Below, piece after piece: positions 20,803-31,482 of a stretch of 37,760 bases of DNA. The notes beneath the pieces are model-generated. The model saw only the letters and a program-made list of their open reading frames with translations. It did no database searches and was not told the origin of the DNA. Each line of letters opens with the position of its first letter. The first letter of the stretch is position 1. The position numbers were made by a program, and so were the translations under genes. Origin of the DNA: Curvularia clavata (taxonomy: Eukaryota); assembly GCA_023920165.1 (NCBI GenBank), contig CP089276.1:4712001-4749760 (forward strand), in the 5' to 3' direction.

Positions 20803-20902
20803 CTCCTAGCACGTAATAGAAATTAGAGAAGCTAGAGAGAATAAAATAGGAAGTAATAGATATAAAAATATATTAGATTTTATTATTATACTTATTATAG
20901 TC

Positions 20903-21418
20903 TGTAAGAAAGTTGTAGGTAGGTAAATAGGATAACTTTCTTAATTAACTAAAATAGCTTATTAAGAGGTGAGAAATAGATATAAAATATCTAGTAAGTG
21001 GTCAAAATGTAGGTAATAAGTAGATATATTGGAGCTAGGTTATCAAATAACTATAGACAGTCAGCGTCTTTTATAGACAACTAACGGAGATAGGCGCTGC
21101 GTCTATTTCCTATCTTGATTTCAAATCAACTACTAGACTAAAGTATAATTAGATTAGTTTTTTATCTTTTTTTATGATTTATAAGATTTTATTATAGACT
21201 AAAATCTTTATAATCTAGCTTGCTTAGCAAGCTAGATCTAAAATATAGAATAATGACGTCTTATATCTAGATAAGAAAGCGGAGAAATACTTAAAATACT
21301 CGGCAGTTAATAGCTACATCAAATGTAGAGCTACAAGAACAAAAACAACTAATTTGAATAGCTAATCTTTTATAGAATAATACTAAAATATAATATAATA
21401 ATTATATTATAATTTACA
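20903..21418. mobile_element. Solo LTR (516 bp, RIP-mutated, family not seen elsewhere in the window)
   Basis: TGTAA...TTACA with TSD TAGTC on both sides. Confidence 0.85.
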
Positions 21419-21522
21419 TAGTCAACTTAGTAAAGTATCTTTCTATAGTCTTTTTATACTTAGATTAATACTAGTTATTCTATCTTCTAATAGAATTAGT
21501 TTTATCTATCTTTATTATCCCC

Positions 21523-21869
21523 TGTTAAAGTAATGGGTGACTGCTAGTACTACTAGTAGTAGACTTAGACAGCCTGATCGAGAGACTCTAGATAGACGAG
21601 AGATTGCTAGGGGAGAGAGTTGATAGACACGATTGACTTTTGTATAAACTGCTCTGGTTTCTATCTACTAGCTATTCTACTACTATATATATTGGCTGGA
21701 GTAGATTCTAGAAGAATCTATCTAGTAGTAGCTTGCGTAATCTTTGGCGTCATAGACAGATGTCTATAGATCGATTATAGTCTTGATAGATCGACTATAG
21801 ATTGTAGAATCTGGGTGTGACTGAGCACCCGGATACTGTAGATTAGCTGACTAGCTTAGATCTACAACA
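21523..21869. mobile_element. LTR with non-matching flanks (probable recombinant solo LTR)
   Basis: TGTT...AACA ends. It shares the GGGTGTGAnnGAGCACCCGGAT hairpin with the copia LTR at 36934. The flanks TCCCC and GTGTA come from different host elements. Confidence 0.65.
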
Positions 21870-22639
21870 GTGTAGTCTTCTTCTAAATCGTTTTTTTCTA
21901 CTACTATAACTAATTACTTTCTAGTCGTCTTCTTTTATTACTATCTTTATTAACTCTAAAGATAAGTTAATTTTTATAGTAGTTCTATAGAACGAAGAGT
22001 GTTTTAGTTAGTTATTAGCGGTTATTTCTAATACTAATAAGTTCTTAGTAGTCTCCGTATTTCTACTTTAGCGCACTCTACGCGACTTTTCCAAAGGTAA
22101 TCTACCTCGCGGGGAGCGTAGAAGTTCTAAACCTAAAGGCTTTGGTTAGTAGAAGATCGATAGAATCCTGCCTAGAGTAAATGTCGGATATAACGGTATA
22201 AGTATCCGGATCGGTTCTAAAGAGACTTAGGACTAGGGCGTAATCTCGCATAATAGATGCGATATTGTTTTGAAGCCGTTACTAGCTAGGACGAGACTTT
22301 TGATATAATATAACGGCGTAGGTAAGACTACTTAGATTAGTATTAGTAGATAGTATCACTTAGAGGCATATAAGAGTGCGTGGGACATTAAACGAGCCTT
22401 AATTCGAATAGACATCTATAGGCCTTTTACGAAAGGATATTAAAAGTCTATAAAGCTAGCTATAGAAGGTGTCTTAATAAATACCCGTCCTTAGTCGGAT
22501 CCGAGTTGGATCTAACTCAAGAACTAATGACTACTAAAGGGAGCGGCGGATATTTGCTCCGACCTAGCTCCGGGACGGGTCCGATACTTGTCAGTGTTGT
22601 AACATCGTTATAATAGACGGCGTATTGGTGCTCGTTACA
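21870..22639 (-). mobile_element. RIP-mutated 5' remnant (LTR 22309-22639, leader and start of gag) of a relative of element A
   Basis: 22081-22320 aligns with the reverse complement of about 4030-4270, including the PBS and leader. Confidence 0.82.
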
Positions 22640-22816
22640 AATAAGAACGCCGTAGGCTGGTAGATAAGTAAGCATAACTAGTTGTATATATAAAAGTAAA
22701 ATATTCTAGTAGTAGACTATATAGTTAGGGTAGAGTTAGTAATAGACATATATAGAAAATAACAAACCAGTTGCCCTAGCAGCAATCGGACCGTACGGGG
22801 AGAGCGTAAGCAGAAG

Positions 22817-22849
22817 TTAGGGTTAGGGCTTAGGGTTAGATTAGGGTTA
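22817..22849 (+). repeat. Degenerate interstitial telomeric tract
   Basis: TTAGGG TTAGGG C TTAGGG TTAGA TTAGGG TTA, same polarity as the terminal array. Confidence 0.85.
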
Positions 22850-22907
22850 CCTAGCGTCGCGCGAGTGCGCACCCGACGTCTGTGCGCCGGCCAATCAGCT
22901 TACGCGA

Positions 22908-23336
22908 TGTTACGAACCTGAAGGAAGGAGGCACGGCGGTTAAGTTAAAGAAGCCTCGACGACCAGTCGACCCAGCCATATGTAACGCGGGGGTACGCAT
23001 CACGTGACCTCCTCGGTGGCGCAGTACCGAGGAAGGGACTTGGCGGTCTCCTCGTACATAAGCCATCGAGGAATACCCCTCGCGCATGAGCCACCGAGGA
23101 ATGCTCGGGCTCCTCTGACCGAGGGTTGCGAGCACCACAAGTATATAGCAATAGGCATCGAACTCTTATGGCTTGATACATTCAACTTAAGTTACGAGTA
23201 CAGTACCTACAATACAATATTTACTGCAGAGACACTTGTTTATATTACCCTGTTGCTTCATCCGCGAAAATTAACCTAAGAAGATCTTGACACCAGAAGC
23301 CTTATATTACTTCCACTCGAGATCATACTCTTAACA
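22908..23336. mobile_element. Solo LTR (429 bp)
   Basis: TGTTA...TAACA with TSD CGCGA on both sides. Confidence 0.85.
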
Positions 23337-23385
23337 CGCGAGTGCGGCCCCCGGGTGCGCACTCGCGCACAACCATATGGTTAGG

Positions 23386-23494
23386 GCTCATAAGGGGCGC
23401 GCCTGCGCGCCGCTGGCGAACAAGACAGAGCAATCAATACAATCAATTATCCATCCATTATTCTACCGTCTTTGATAACCCTTACAATCTGACA
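23386..23494 (+). repeat. 3' fragment of the copia LTR family
   Basis: Near-identical to about 37080-37194 and ends TTACAATCTGACA. Confidence 0.88.
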
Positions 23495-23525
23495 TCAACC
23501 TTCATCTTTGCCCACTTTTCAACCT

Positions 23526-24041
23526 TCAATATCCATCACCCCACATGGTCAACTTATTCGTCTTGTTCGCAGGAACCGCCTGAACCACATCCCAATGCTC
23601 CTGTACACAAGTCCCATTCCACCTGAAAATGTCCACAACCACAGTCTGCGGATATTTCCCCTCCTGATCCGGCTCCTTGGACGTCAAGACCATATGCACC
23701 CAACCCTTGCTATTATCGAATGCCGTGCGATACACTGCGACGTCATTCTTAATAAAGTAGAATGAGAGAGTCTCCTGTAATTTGTAGGGACCTGGGGGTA
23801 GGGTGGGGTTGTGCTGAATATAGGTTTCGGCGTAGTAGGTTGGGACTGCGCTAAAGTTTTTAACCGTGTAGATTGTGTCAACGTAAGTAGTGAAGAGGGC
23901 GCGTTGGTCGTGGTCGGAAATGTGCTTGGGTTGGCACCATGATGAAGACGATGGAGGAGTTGGGTTGTTGGATGCTAATACTGCTGGAGGTGGGGAGAGG
24001 AGTAGCGAGGCTAGCAGAATGGGGAAGTGGATGAGATACAT
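23526..24041 (-). CDS. Secreted SnoaL-like (NTF2-fold) protein, 171 aa
   Basis: Hydrophobic signal peptide, with YIQHNP and DIFRW...EHWDVVQ motifs. Confidence 0.85.
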   Translation of the reverse strand: MYLIHFPILLASLLLSPPPAVLASNNPTPPSSSSWCQPKHISDHDQRALFTTYVDTIYTVKNFSAVPTYYAETYIQHNPTLPPGPYKLQETLSFYFIKNDVAVYRTAFDNSKGWVHMVLTSKEPDQEGKYPQTVVVDIFRWNGTCVQEHWDVVQAVPANKTNKLTMWGDGY

Positions 24042-24192
24042 TCTGCTTTTTAGTGACCGCGGCGGAACAATTGAGGGAATAATAATTCAAATTTAGAAGA
24101 CTCGACGGGCGTAGGTGTTAAGTACTTGAATGATCGCCGCTTGAGCCATCAGATCCTTGATGACCGACGGAAACTCGGAATGCGGTAGACAT

Positions 24193-24269
24193 GGGCAACG
24201 AGTTTGATTCGTAATCACGGGCAATGAGTTTGATTCATAATCACGGGGAACGAGTTTGATTCATAATCA
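24193..24269. repeat. Three tandem 26-bp repeats in the divergent promoter
   Basis: GGG(C/G)AA(C/T)GAGTTTGATTC(G/A)TAATCAC three times, the last lacking the final C. Confidence 0.9.
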
Positions 24270-24703
24270 TCAGCGCTGAATATTTCGGAGGTTCAGGCAT
24301 TAAAGTGAGGCCGGGGTCTAGATGCATCGGCAAGATTTACTGTATTCATAGGTTAGCAATCAACTATTGAACAGATTCTTGAAGCAATTAACATTATCCA
24401 TGAACACTAAGACACATCTCTAAAGAATAAGAGCTTACTGAGATTCTACATTAAGAACTCTAAAGATAGGTTTATACGTGTCGAAGCTTAACCAGAGACT
24501 GTATTCAGCAGCTGCTTGCATTTCAATCCTATTGCTTGTACAACCTTGCTGAAAGACACAGGATATTAACTCAGGTGTAGAAATTTGTGCGTAGACTCAG
24601 AGAATAAGACTACAACATGCCGGAGAACTTTCCAAATTCGGACTAGAGCTGATACCCCTGCTCGCCGAGGTGGGCAAGGACTTTTGAAAGGCTCCTCCGT
24701 ACA

Positions 24704-24891
24704 CCGCGCGCGGAAGGGCACATACATGCATTAGACAGGGTTAGACCTAGTATTCTGAAATTAGTCTAAATTCTTCTCTAGTAGATACTTAGGCGCTAGC
24801 ATCTTATACTATGACAAATCCTTAGCACGGATATAAGGCGCCCTTCCTCCACCTCGGATTACGTCACCCGCGCGCGTTCTTGTTTCTGGGG
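24704..24891 (+). repeat. 188-bp repeat, copy 1 (upstream of the transcription factor)
   Basis: Reverse complement of 31115-31302 with about 15 differences, nearly all transitions. Confidence 0.93.
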
Positions 24892-25034
24892 GCGAGCGTA
24901 ATCGCGATTTACAGCTTCCAGCTCTGCAGTCGTGAATCTGTTGGCATTATCCAATTGTTCATGCCTGTCACACTTTGTTCTTTCCTTAATCAACTAAGAC
25001 ATTCGCATCTTCAGCAATCAGTCGACCATTAGCA

Positions 25035-26942
25035 ATGCACGACTCCGTTGTCAGCTGCTGGACCTGCCGCCTCCGCCGGAAGAGATGCGACGGCTCAATG
25101 CCCGTCTGCGGCGCCTGCGGCGAGCTCCAGATCACCTGCCATAGGCAGGCGGCTAGACCTGAGTGGATGGATGGCGGGGAGCTCCAAGCCAAAATGGCCA
25201 CTGAGGTCAAGGCTGAGGTCAAGCAGGCTGCCCAGAAGCGTCGCGAGCTCCACGGCCCCGGCGGACGCGCATTGTTGCCGCGCGGGTCCGTGGCTGCATC
25301 ATCAACCACATCAGCGGCTTTTTCGAGTGCTGGCAGACAGCGTAATTCCGAGCCAGGTTTTGGAATGGCTGGCCTCCAGGCCACAACTCCCGTCGCGGCC
25401 GCCGCGCCATCTTCATCGTCATCGTCATCAGCTCCTCCGTCGTCGGCGGAAACCCTCCCGGGCGTTTCCCCTGCTGCTAGCCTCCAAGTCCGAGGTCGCG
25501 ATGAAATCGACTTGAGCTTCGTCATGTTCTACACCGACAAGGTTTTCCCTCTCCTCTTTCCTTTCTATAGCCCATCTTTGCTTGATGGTGGGCGAGGCTG
25601 GCTGCTCGTCCAAATCCTGAAGAACCCGACACTGCTGCACACTACGCTTTGCCTTGGCCTCTTCTTCTTCTCATCCATTATCCAGGAACAGTCGCCTGAT
25701 ACTGAGGCAACATGTAACATCCTCACTCGAGAGGAGCTCGGCCGGTCAATAGAGAACGCCTTCGACACACTTCAAAGAGACTTCCAGCTGCTAGACGGCC
25801 CAATCGATAGTCCATCCTTGCCTCTGTCTAACACTGACGAGAACGCACTCGTAGCAAAGTCTAGGCTACTGGGAAATATCGTTCAGCTCCTGCGTTTCGA
25901 GGTTGGCACAGGATATAGCGTCAATAGCGTACCTCATCTTGAGGCTGCCATAGCTCTTTTCGAGGGCATCTTCCACGACTACGGCCTTGAGATGGACGAG
26001 GCTGGAAACGCCCGACCCAGCCTTTCCCTCGTCCTTGAACGTATGGCCCGCCCGCCGTGGTCTCTCAGCCGATTAAATGGCGAAGCTCCCAGAAATGCCG
26101 ACCAAGCAGCTTTTCGCTTCTTCTCCACCGTACTGCTTGTTGACGACATAGTCATAAGCACTGCTCTAGCAAGGTCGCCCCGACTACAGGAGTATCATCG
26201 CGCCCTTCTTGGCCCAAGTGCACGTGATGCCAACATGGGTATGGGCGACGCAGGCGACGGCGCTCTAGATCCTGCGAGCATCATTGGCTGTTGTGCTTGG
26301 GTTCTGCTCCTGGTCGGAGAGATTGCTGGGCTAGATGCTTGGAAAAAGGACCAGCAGAAACATGGTCGGCTCGACATGATGCAACTCTGCTGCCGTGCCA
26401 ACACGATTAAGCAGGCGCTCCACAAAGGCATAGAAGAGCTGTCGCTCCTCAGAATAACCCCCGAAGCGAACGGCAGTGGTAGCAACATAATGAGCCCGTC
26501 CATCAGGTACTGGCAGCAGAGCGCCGTTCCGCCAGAGAATTCCCGAGCAAAAATCACAGCAATCTGGGCGCATGCGGCCCTGATCTTTTTGTCCGTTGTG
26601 GTGTCGGGCTGGCAACCCTTTTCGCACTGCACCGTACATGCCGTCGGCTGTGTTCTGGAGCTGCTAGGCCAGGTAGATGCCACTGAGAACGTTGCCGTTC
26701 TGAGGACACTCGCTTGGCCCTTCTGTATCGCAGGGTGTCTGACTCAGCCCGCGCAATTCGGATATGTAAAGGCTCTTGTCGAGGATCTAGGCCGGCTGGG
26801 TTCGTTTAGTTCCCTGCGACTCGCCATGGATGTCGTTGAGCAGGCATGGAGCCGCAGTGCCCCTGGCGCCGATGGAATTTCTATGGGTTTAGATCTGACA
26901 GTATGTCTAAACAGCTTGGGGTATGCAGTATTGTTAGTGTAG
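25035..26942 (+). CDS. Zn(II)2Cys6 transcription factor with a C-terminal fungal-specific TF domain (PRO1/NosA-like architecture), 635 aa
   Basis: CWTCRLRRKRCDGSMPVCGACGELQITC...PEWMDGG, plus IIGC..W and LAWPFCIAGCL motifs. Confidence 0.93.
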   Translation: MHDSVVSCWTCRLRRKRCDGSMPVCGACGELQITCHRQAARPEWMDGGELQAKMATEVKAEVKQAAQKRRELHGPGGRALLPRGSVAASSTTSAAFSSAGRQRNSEPGFGMAGLQATTPVAAAAPSSSSSSSAPPSSAETLPGVSPAASLQVRGRDEIDLSFVMFYTDKVFPLLFPFYSPSLLDGGRGWLLVQILKNPTLLHTTLCLGLFFFSSIIQEQSPDTEATCNILTREELGRSIENAFDTLQRDFQLLDGPIDSPSLPLSNTDENALVAKSRLLGNIVQLLRFEVGTGYSVNSVPHLEAAIALFEGIFHDYGLEMDEAGNARPSLSLVLERMARPPWSLSRLNGEAPRNADQAAFRFFSTVLLVDDIVISTALARSPRLQEYHRALLGPSARDANMGMGDAGDGALDPASIIGCCAWVLLLVGEIAGLDAWKKDQQKHGRLDMMQLCCRANTIKQALHKGIEELSLLRITPEANGSGSNIMSPSIRYWQQSAVPPENSRAKITAIWAHAALIFLSVVVSGWQPFSHCTVHAVGCVLELLGQVDATENVAVLRTLAWPFCIAGCLTQPAQFGYVKALVEDLGRLGSFSSLRLAMDVVEQAWSRSAPGADGISMGLDLTVCLNSLGYAVLLV

Positions 26943-27460
26943 TTGACCAGTCCATATATGAAAGCCCACGAACACGATCAACATGACGTGCAATTTGGCT
27001 CGACATGTTTCTCCAAAGCGCTTGGTCTGCGCTCCTGGCTTGGCATGCGAAGACTAAGGGCCGCGCGCGTGTTGCGCGCGGAGCCTGCTTGTCTCAACTC
27101 CACCACGCCTGCGCCTTTACTTAGCCCTGTTCTAATTCCCGCGCGCAGACCTTTGTTCCCGTCCCCGCGCCGCAAGCGTTCGACCCTTGCATAGCCAAGC
27201 AATGTCTCAGCTTGCGCGCCATAGTCCTTGCCTATTCTTGCATCAGGTCGCATTCGTCGAAGGGTTTGTAGCTGACGCAGTGCCGATCATCTATTGTGGA
27301 GACAAGGGGCCTCGTAAGCGCTCATCAGTGTCCGTATAGATAAGTAGCCTTCAACCTTTCGTCCGTCTCGCCGCCATTAAAGTCACTCTCCACTTGTTAT
27401 TACGACGCCTCACTCTAGTGCCCTACGCAGCCACGCCGTCAAATAGCCAATACATCAAAA

Positions 27461-28239
27461 ATGACGGATCAATACGCTTACAAGTATCCGTCACCCTTGA
27501 CCGGATATGAAGACGCTCCTCCGCTGTCTTATACCGAAAGCCAAGACAAGAGCATGCCGAATCCTAAAAACACGGCGCTGAGCAAGACCTACGACAAGTT
27601 CGAATACCCTCTAAACAACGGCGATAGAGGCGGATTGCGAGTATATCCATTTCTTGGGGGCAATTGGCTGCAAGGAACTGATTTGTTTGAAATAGTGATG
27701 TTCATGTTTATTACTTTTTGTCGAATCCGGAACAGGTTAGGTTTGCTAAAGAGCTGCATACCAGAATTAGATTGCAGTGTGAGTCCTCAATCTATTCTTT
27801 ATCCCTTCTACATCAGCGATCCCGCATCGGAAGCCTGATAATGCACATGTGCTGATCTTCCAACTCTCTAACACTAGTCCCCGAGCTCAGAATCTACCGG
27901 TTTTGGGATCGAGCCATCGGCCCGCATCCAATCGCCATGTTTGAGGTGAATGTGTTTACCCCAGCGCAGTTCGGGTCGTTCATTCCCTGGTTGATCATCT
28001 GGCGCGGGCCCCTGTCTGTACTTGTACATCCTAATACGGAGGAGGCGGGAGTGAACGCACTCGAGGCCGAGCTGCGCAACCACACGCAGCGTGCCACCTG
28101 GATAGGCGACAAACTCCCCATCGACCTGACGCTCTTCTACCGTGCCAAGGAAAACCTTGAGATGATGGATGGCAGTCAAGTTGACAATTGGGTCAAGATG
28201 GGACGTGCCGGCGAGAAACCTTCTCACCTGTTTGGTTGA
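27461..28239 (+). CDS. DOPA 4,5-dioxygenase family protein; exons 27461-27636, 27696-27778 and 27878-28239 (about 206 aa)
   Basis: The spliced product reads GGFDVHVYY...FPELRIYRFWDRAIGPHPIAMFEVN...WRGPLSVLVHPNT. Intron 1 is GC-AG and intron 2 is GT-AG with a CTAAC branch site. Confidence 0.88.
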
Positions 28240-29025
28240 ATAGGCTAAAGTATTTATTTTGCGTAGTGCTACATGCGAATCAAGCATTAGGGCTATGGAC
28301 GCAGTAGATTGCGCGATAATAGTTCAGTGAGAACTTAAGAAAATATACTGAACACTTCACGTTGGTGTGTAGTTGCTGGGGATGATAGCTATGTGTATCA
28401 TAGAAGAATCCTATAAAACGACGGGTCCACTGCTTTAGCCATATCATTTATCTAGTAGTAGTTTGAGAGTACGCTGCGAGGCAGGGACAACCCAGCCGGT
28501 GCACTGGGTTATGACATCGACAAAAGCCCATGACGCGTTGGTGGAGGGTGGCCCAAGTTGAATGAGTCACACAGCCTTAATGGACAGTCTTCCGACTATG
28601 CACTGCTACTATTTTTTTACATCTAGCGACCCGATTGGACCATCTTCACAAAGCTTACCGGGAGAGGCAAGATGTCGCACTGAGCGTGCTAATTAAAGCA
28701 CGCAGCTTGATGACTAAGTACAGTTGTCTCTTGAGGCTCGTTATTATGCCTGGTCTGCGACACTAGACTTGTTTAAAAAGGGCGAGCAGTTTATACACGG
28801 ATATCTGGTACGGACACAAGCACTGGCTGATTCAACTTACATGTAGTAATGCTGACAAACTGCCTTAGGTGAAGCAGGCATGGTAAAGGACTTATTTCAC
28901 TTTTACCTGACAAGCTTCAAGCCCAAAGTTGCAGCATCTCCAAAGGTTAATGAAAGGATTAGATGAAAGGGGATGCATTCTGTCCTAGTACATCTTGTAG
29001 AGCTGAATCTAACTGTACTGGTCGC

Positions 29026-30050
29026 TCAAGAACTAAGCCAAGTCCGCAAGAGTTCCTTGACATTAGCCCTCGGGAAGCCAACGCTGTCATTGAAAAAGCT
29101 TTCTGGTGTAATGGCTGGCTCAGAAGAGTCGTCCATCAAGTAAACCCTGATAGCAGAAATGAATGCATTGATCATGTCCCCCTTCTTCATTGCTTCGCCA
29201 CTGGCAATTGCCTCATCGGCCGTTTTGGCATGCTTGATATTCCATTTGGTACCCGTCAGTTCCTCGACATAGCCGAGTATTTCATTCTGCGTGAAGTAGA
29301 ATTCGCTCAGCTGGATGTACCTGTTTACCGTCTGCTCTGGATTCTTCAATACCGCAGCAATGGCGCGACCCATGCCCCTTGGGGTGATTGCTTCCATGCC
29401 CTTGTTACCAGAATCAAAGATGGTGGCGGTTTTTGTCGACTTGTCGAACCCTAAGGTGCCAAAATCCAAACCCTAGATCTTTGTCAGGCTTGAAGCCAGG
29501 AACGTCGAGTTGAGGAAAACTCTTCTTACGAAGTCGGTGGCCATGCCAGTTGCGATGCCTGTCCAGGTCGTGCCAGAGCTCGATTCGGCTTTGGATTTGA
29601 TATATTCCAAGGCGGCAACTCTTGTTGACAGAAACATTGCAAACGGTGAACTTTTAAAGCGAGAGTTCTCCGAGTGCGTCCCAAATTCCGAGGGGATGAA
29701 GCGCTGAACTCCAGCGGCAACGGCTGCATCGACGAGTTTGTTCTGGACTTCATATGCATATCCATTGATGACGCACACGACGGCATCCTGGCCAGAGAAG
29801 GCGTCTCGAAGAGCATCAGGAGAGTCATAGTCGATTTTGAGGGTGGATGAAACGCCTTCGGGAGACTTGGAGGTGGACGTGGCGCGGGAGACGGCCGTCA
29901 CATCAAATCCAGCTTTGACAAGTTCCGTAGTGATGACCTTGCCGTAATTCCCGGAAGCCTGAATGCAAGTGTCAGCAGGTGAGGGACCAAGCCACTGGAA
30001 TTATGAATGTGAGAACGTACACCGACGACAGCAACTTTAGTGATGGCCAT
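29026..30050 (-). CDS. NmrA-like/isoflavone-reductase-family NAD(P)-binding oxidoreductase; exons 30050-30021, 29958-29530 and 29472-29026 (about 301 aa)
   Basis: VAVVGASGNYG Rossmann motif, AAGVQRFIPSEFG family signature, and two canonical GT-AG introns with CTGAC branch sites. Confidence 0.9.
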
Positions 30051-30647
30051 GGTGTAGATTGGTTTTTGGGCGTTTCAATGTTGGAGGATGATGATATCGA
30101 ATTTGAGCCAAGTTGACTGGCAATATCGCGGCAATATATAGTTGAGGAACACCCAACCTACATAGTTACGCTTTATAGAGCGTGTATGCTTGATGTCCGT
30201 CTTGTTTGACTGGAACGGTCTTTCGCATCTCCCCAAGCTGAATCGAGAACTAGGTGATTGATTGGTCAGCATTTTCCGCGCGCAAAAAGGAAAGTGCTCA
30301 GATATTCGCGCCGTATTGTGAACCCATTTCTATTGGATACGCGATGAGTATAATTATTACACAGTGGGGTGAATTCGGTAGATTGTGGACAAGGAAGTGA
30401 TAATCTTATTGATTGAAGTCTTGATTTTAGCGTCATTTTAACTTCAGTATTAACCACTTCGGGACCTTTCCGCGCGCGGGTTTGTGAAGATGCAGCGCGA
30501 CAGTAGCCTCGCTCTCGGGCCCTCGTGCTGGGACCTTTGCCAAAGTATAGATTACAGATTTTGGAGCATATTGGAGTAATCGGTGATAAAGTGCTCAGTC
30601 CGTATCCATTCAATAGGTGGATTGCGCAATGCTGGGAAGGCTACCGG

Positions 30648-30929
30648 TGTCAGACTGTGAGGGGTTTTCTGATTAAGGACAAGTTTGGATCACTGTGATA
30701 AAAGACTGTAATAATTGATGGTAGAAACTGATCGTTTTGATTGCTCTGATCTCTGCGCCAGCGGCGCGCAGGAGCGCCCCTTATGAGCGCTGTCGCTGTG
30801 ACACCAGTAGTATCAGGTGTGGCTCATATATCGGCCCTACCGAGGGTGAGCTTGGCGCTTGGCTCCGACTGGCTGGGATCACAGAATCCGCATGCTTGAT
30901 CACACCCGGATTTCATCACTTATCTGACA
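30648..30929 (-). mobile_element. Solo LTR (282 bp), diverged relative of the copia LTR at 36934
   Basis: TGTCAGA...TCTGACA with TSD ACCGG. It shares the GCTCATAAGG..GCG..CCTGCGCGCCGCTGG block. Confidence 0.88.
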
Positions 30930-31114
30930 ACCGGACTCGCTTAAGTTTCCGCTTGCGATCTTCACGGTTGAAAAGAATATCCCAGTTGGGCTCTAGCGAA
31001 AACGCTTTGACCAGGCGAATTTCGTGGTCAGCAGAAAAGCCAATCTAGGTCATGGTCAGTTTTCCACGTCAGGGGCTCACAGAAGGATGGGGCCCAGTAG
31101 GTGCGCACCCGGGG

Positions 31115-31302
31115 CCCCGGAAACAAGAACGCGCGCGGGTGACGTAATCCGAGGTGGAGGAAGGGCGCCTTATATCTATGCCAAGGATCAGTTATAGTAT
31201 AAGATACTAGCGCCTAAGTGTCTGCTAGAGAAGAATCTAGGCTAATTTTGGAATACTAGGTCCAACCCTGTCTAATGCATGTATGTGCCCTTCCGCGCGC
31301 GG
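31115..31302 (-). repeat. 188-bp repeat, copy 2 (inverted)
   Basis: Reverse complement of 24704-24891. Confidence 0.93.
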
Positions 31303-31482
31303 CATCTGGTTCTCCCTGCTAGTAGTCCCCTGGCTTAGTTTAAATCCGAACTCTCTCTTTTGTCTTATCCCTTTATTCTATCACTCCTTTCTCTCTAATT
31401 ATTTCTTATCCTGGTTAGGAGAGATCAGGGAGAATTTCCAATCCTCTGAGACTGGTACCAAGTTACACTTATAGCATCAATC

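Larger units (their letters stand above)
13193..21522 (+). repeat. RIP-mutated B' LTR in pieces 13193-13384, 20803-20902 and 21419-21522; 3' end lost
   Basis: Collinear with 11896-12402 once element B and the solo LTR at 20903 are removed. Confidence 0.85.

Noticed and set aside
22851..23279. Several short overlapping ORFs
   Set aside because: They lie largely within a solo LTR and show no recognisable domain.
24193..24269. CRISPR-like array
   Set aside because: The repeats are contiguous with no spacers, in a eukaryotic context.
24986..29707. Antisense ORFs overlapping the cluster genes
   Set aside because: They are shadows of GC-rich coding sequence with no motifs or independent support.
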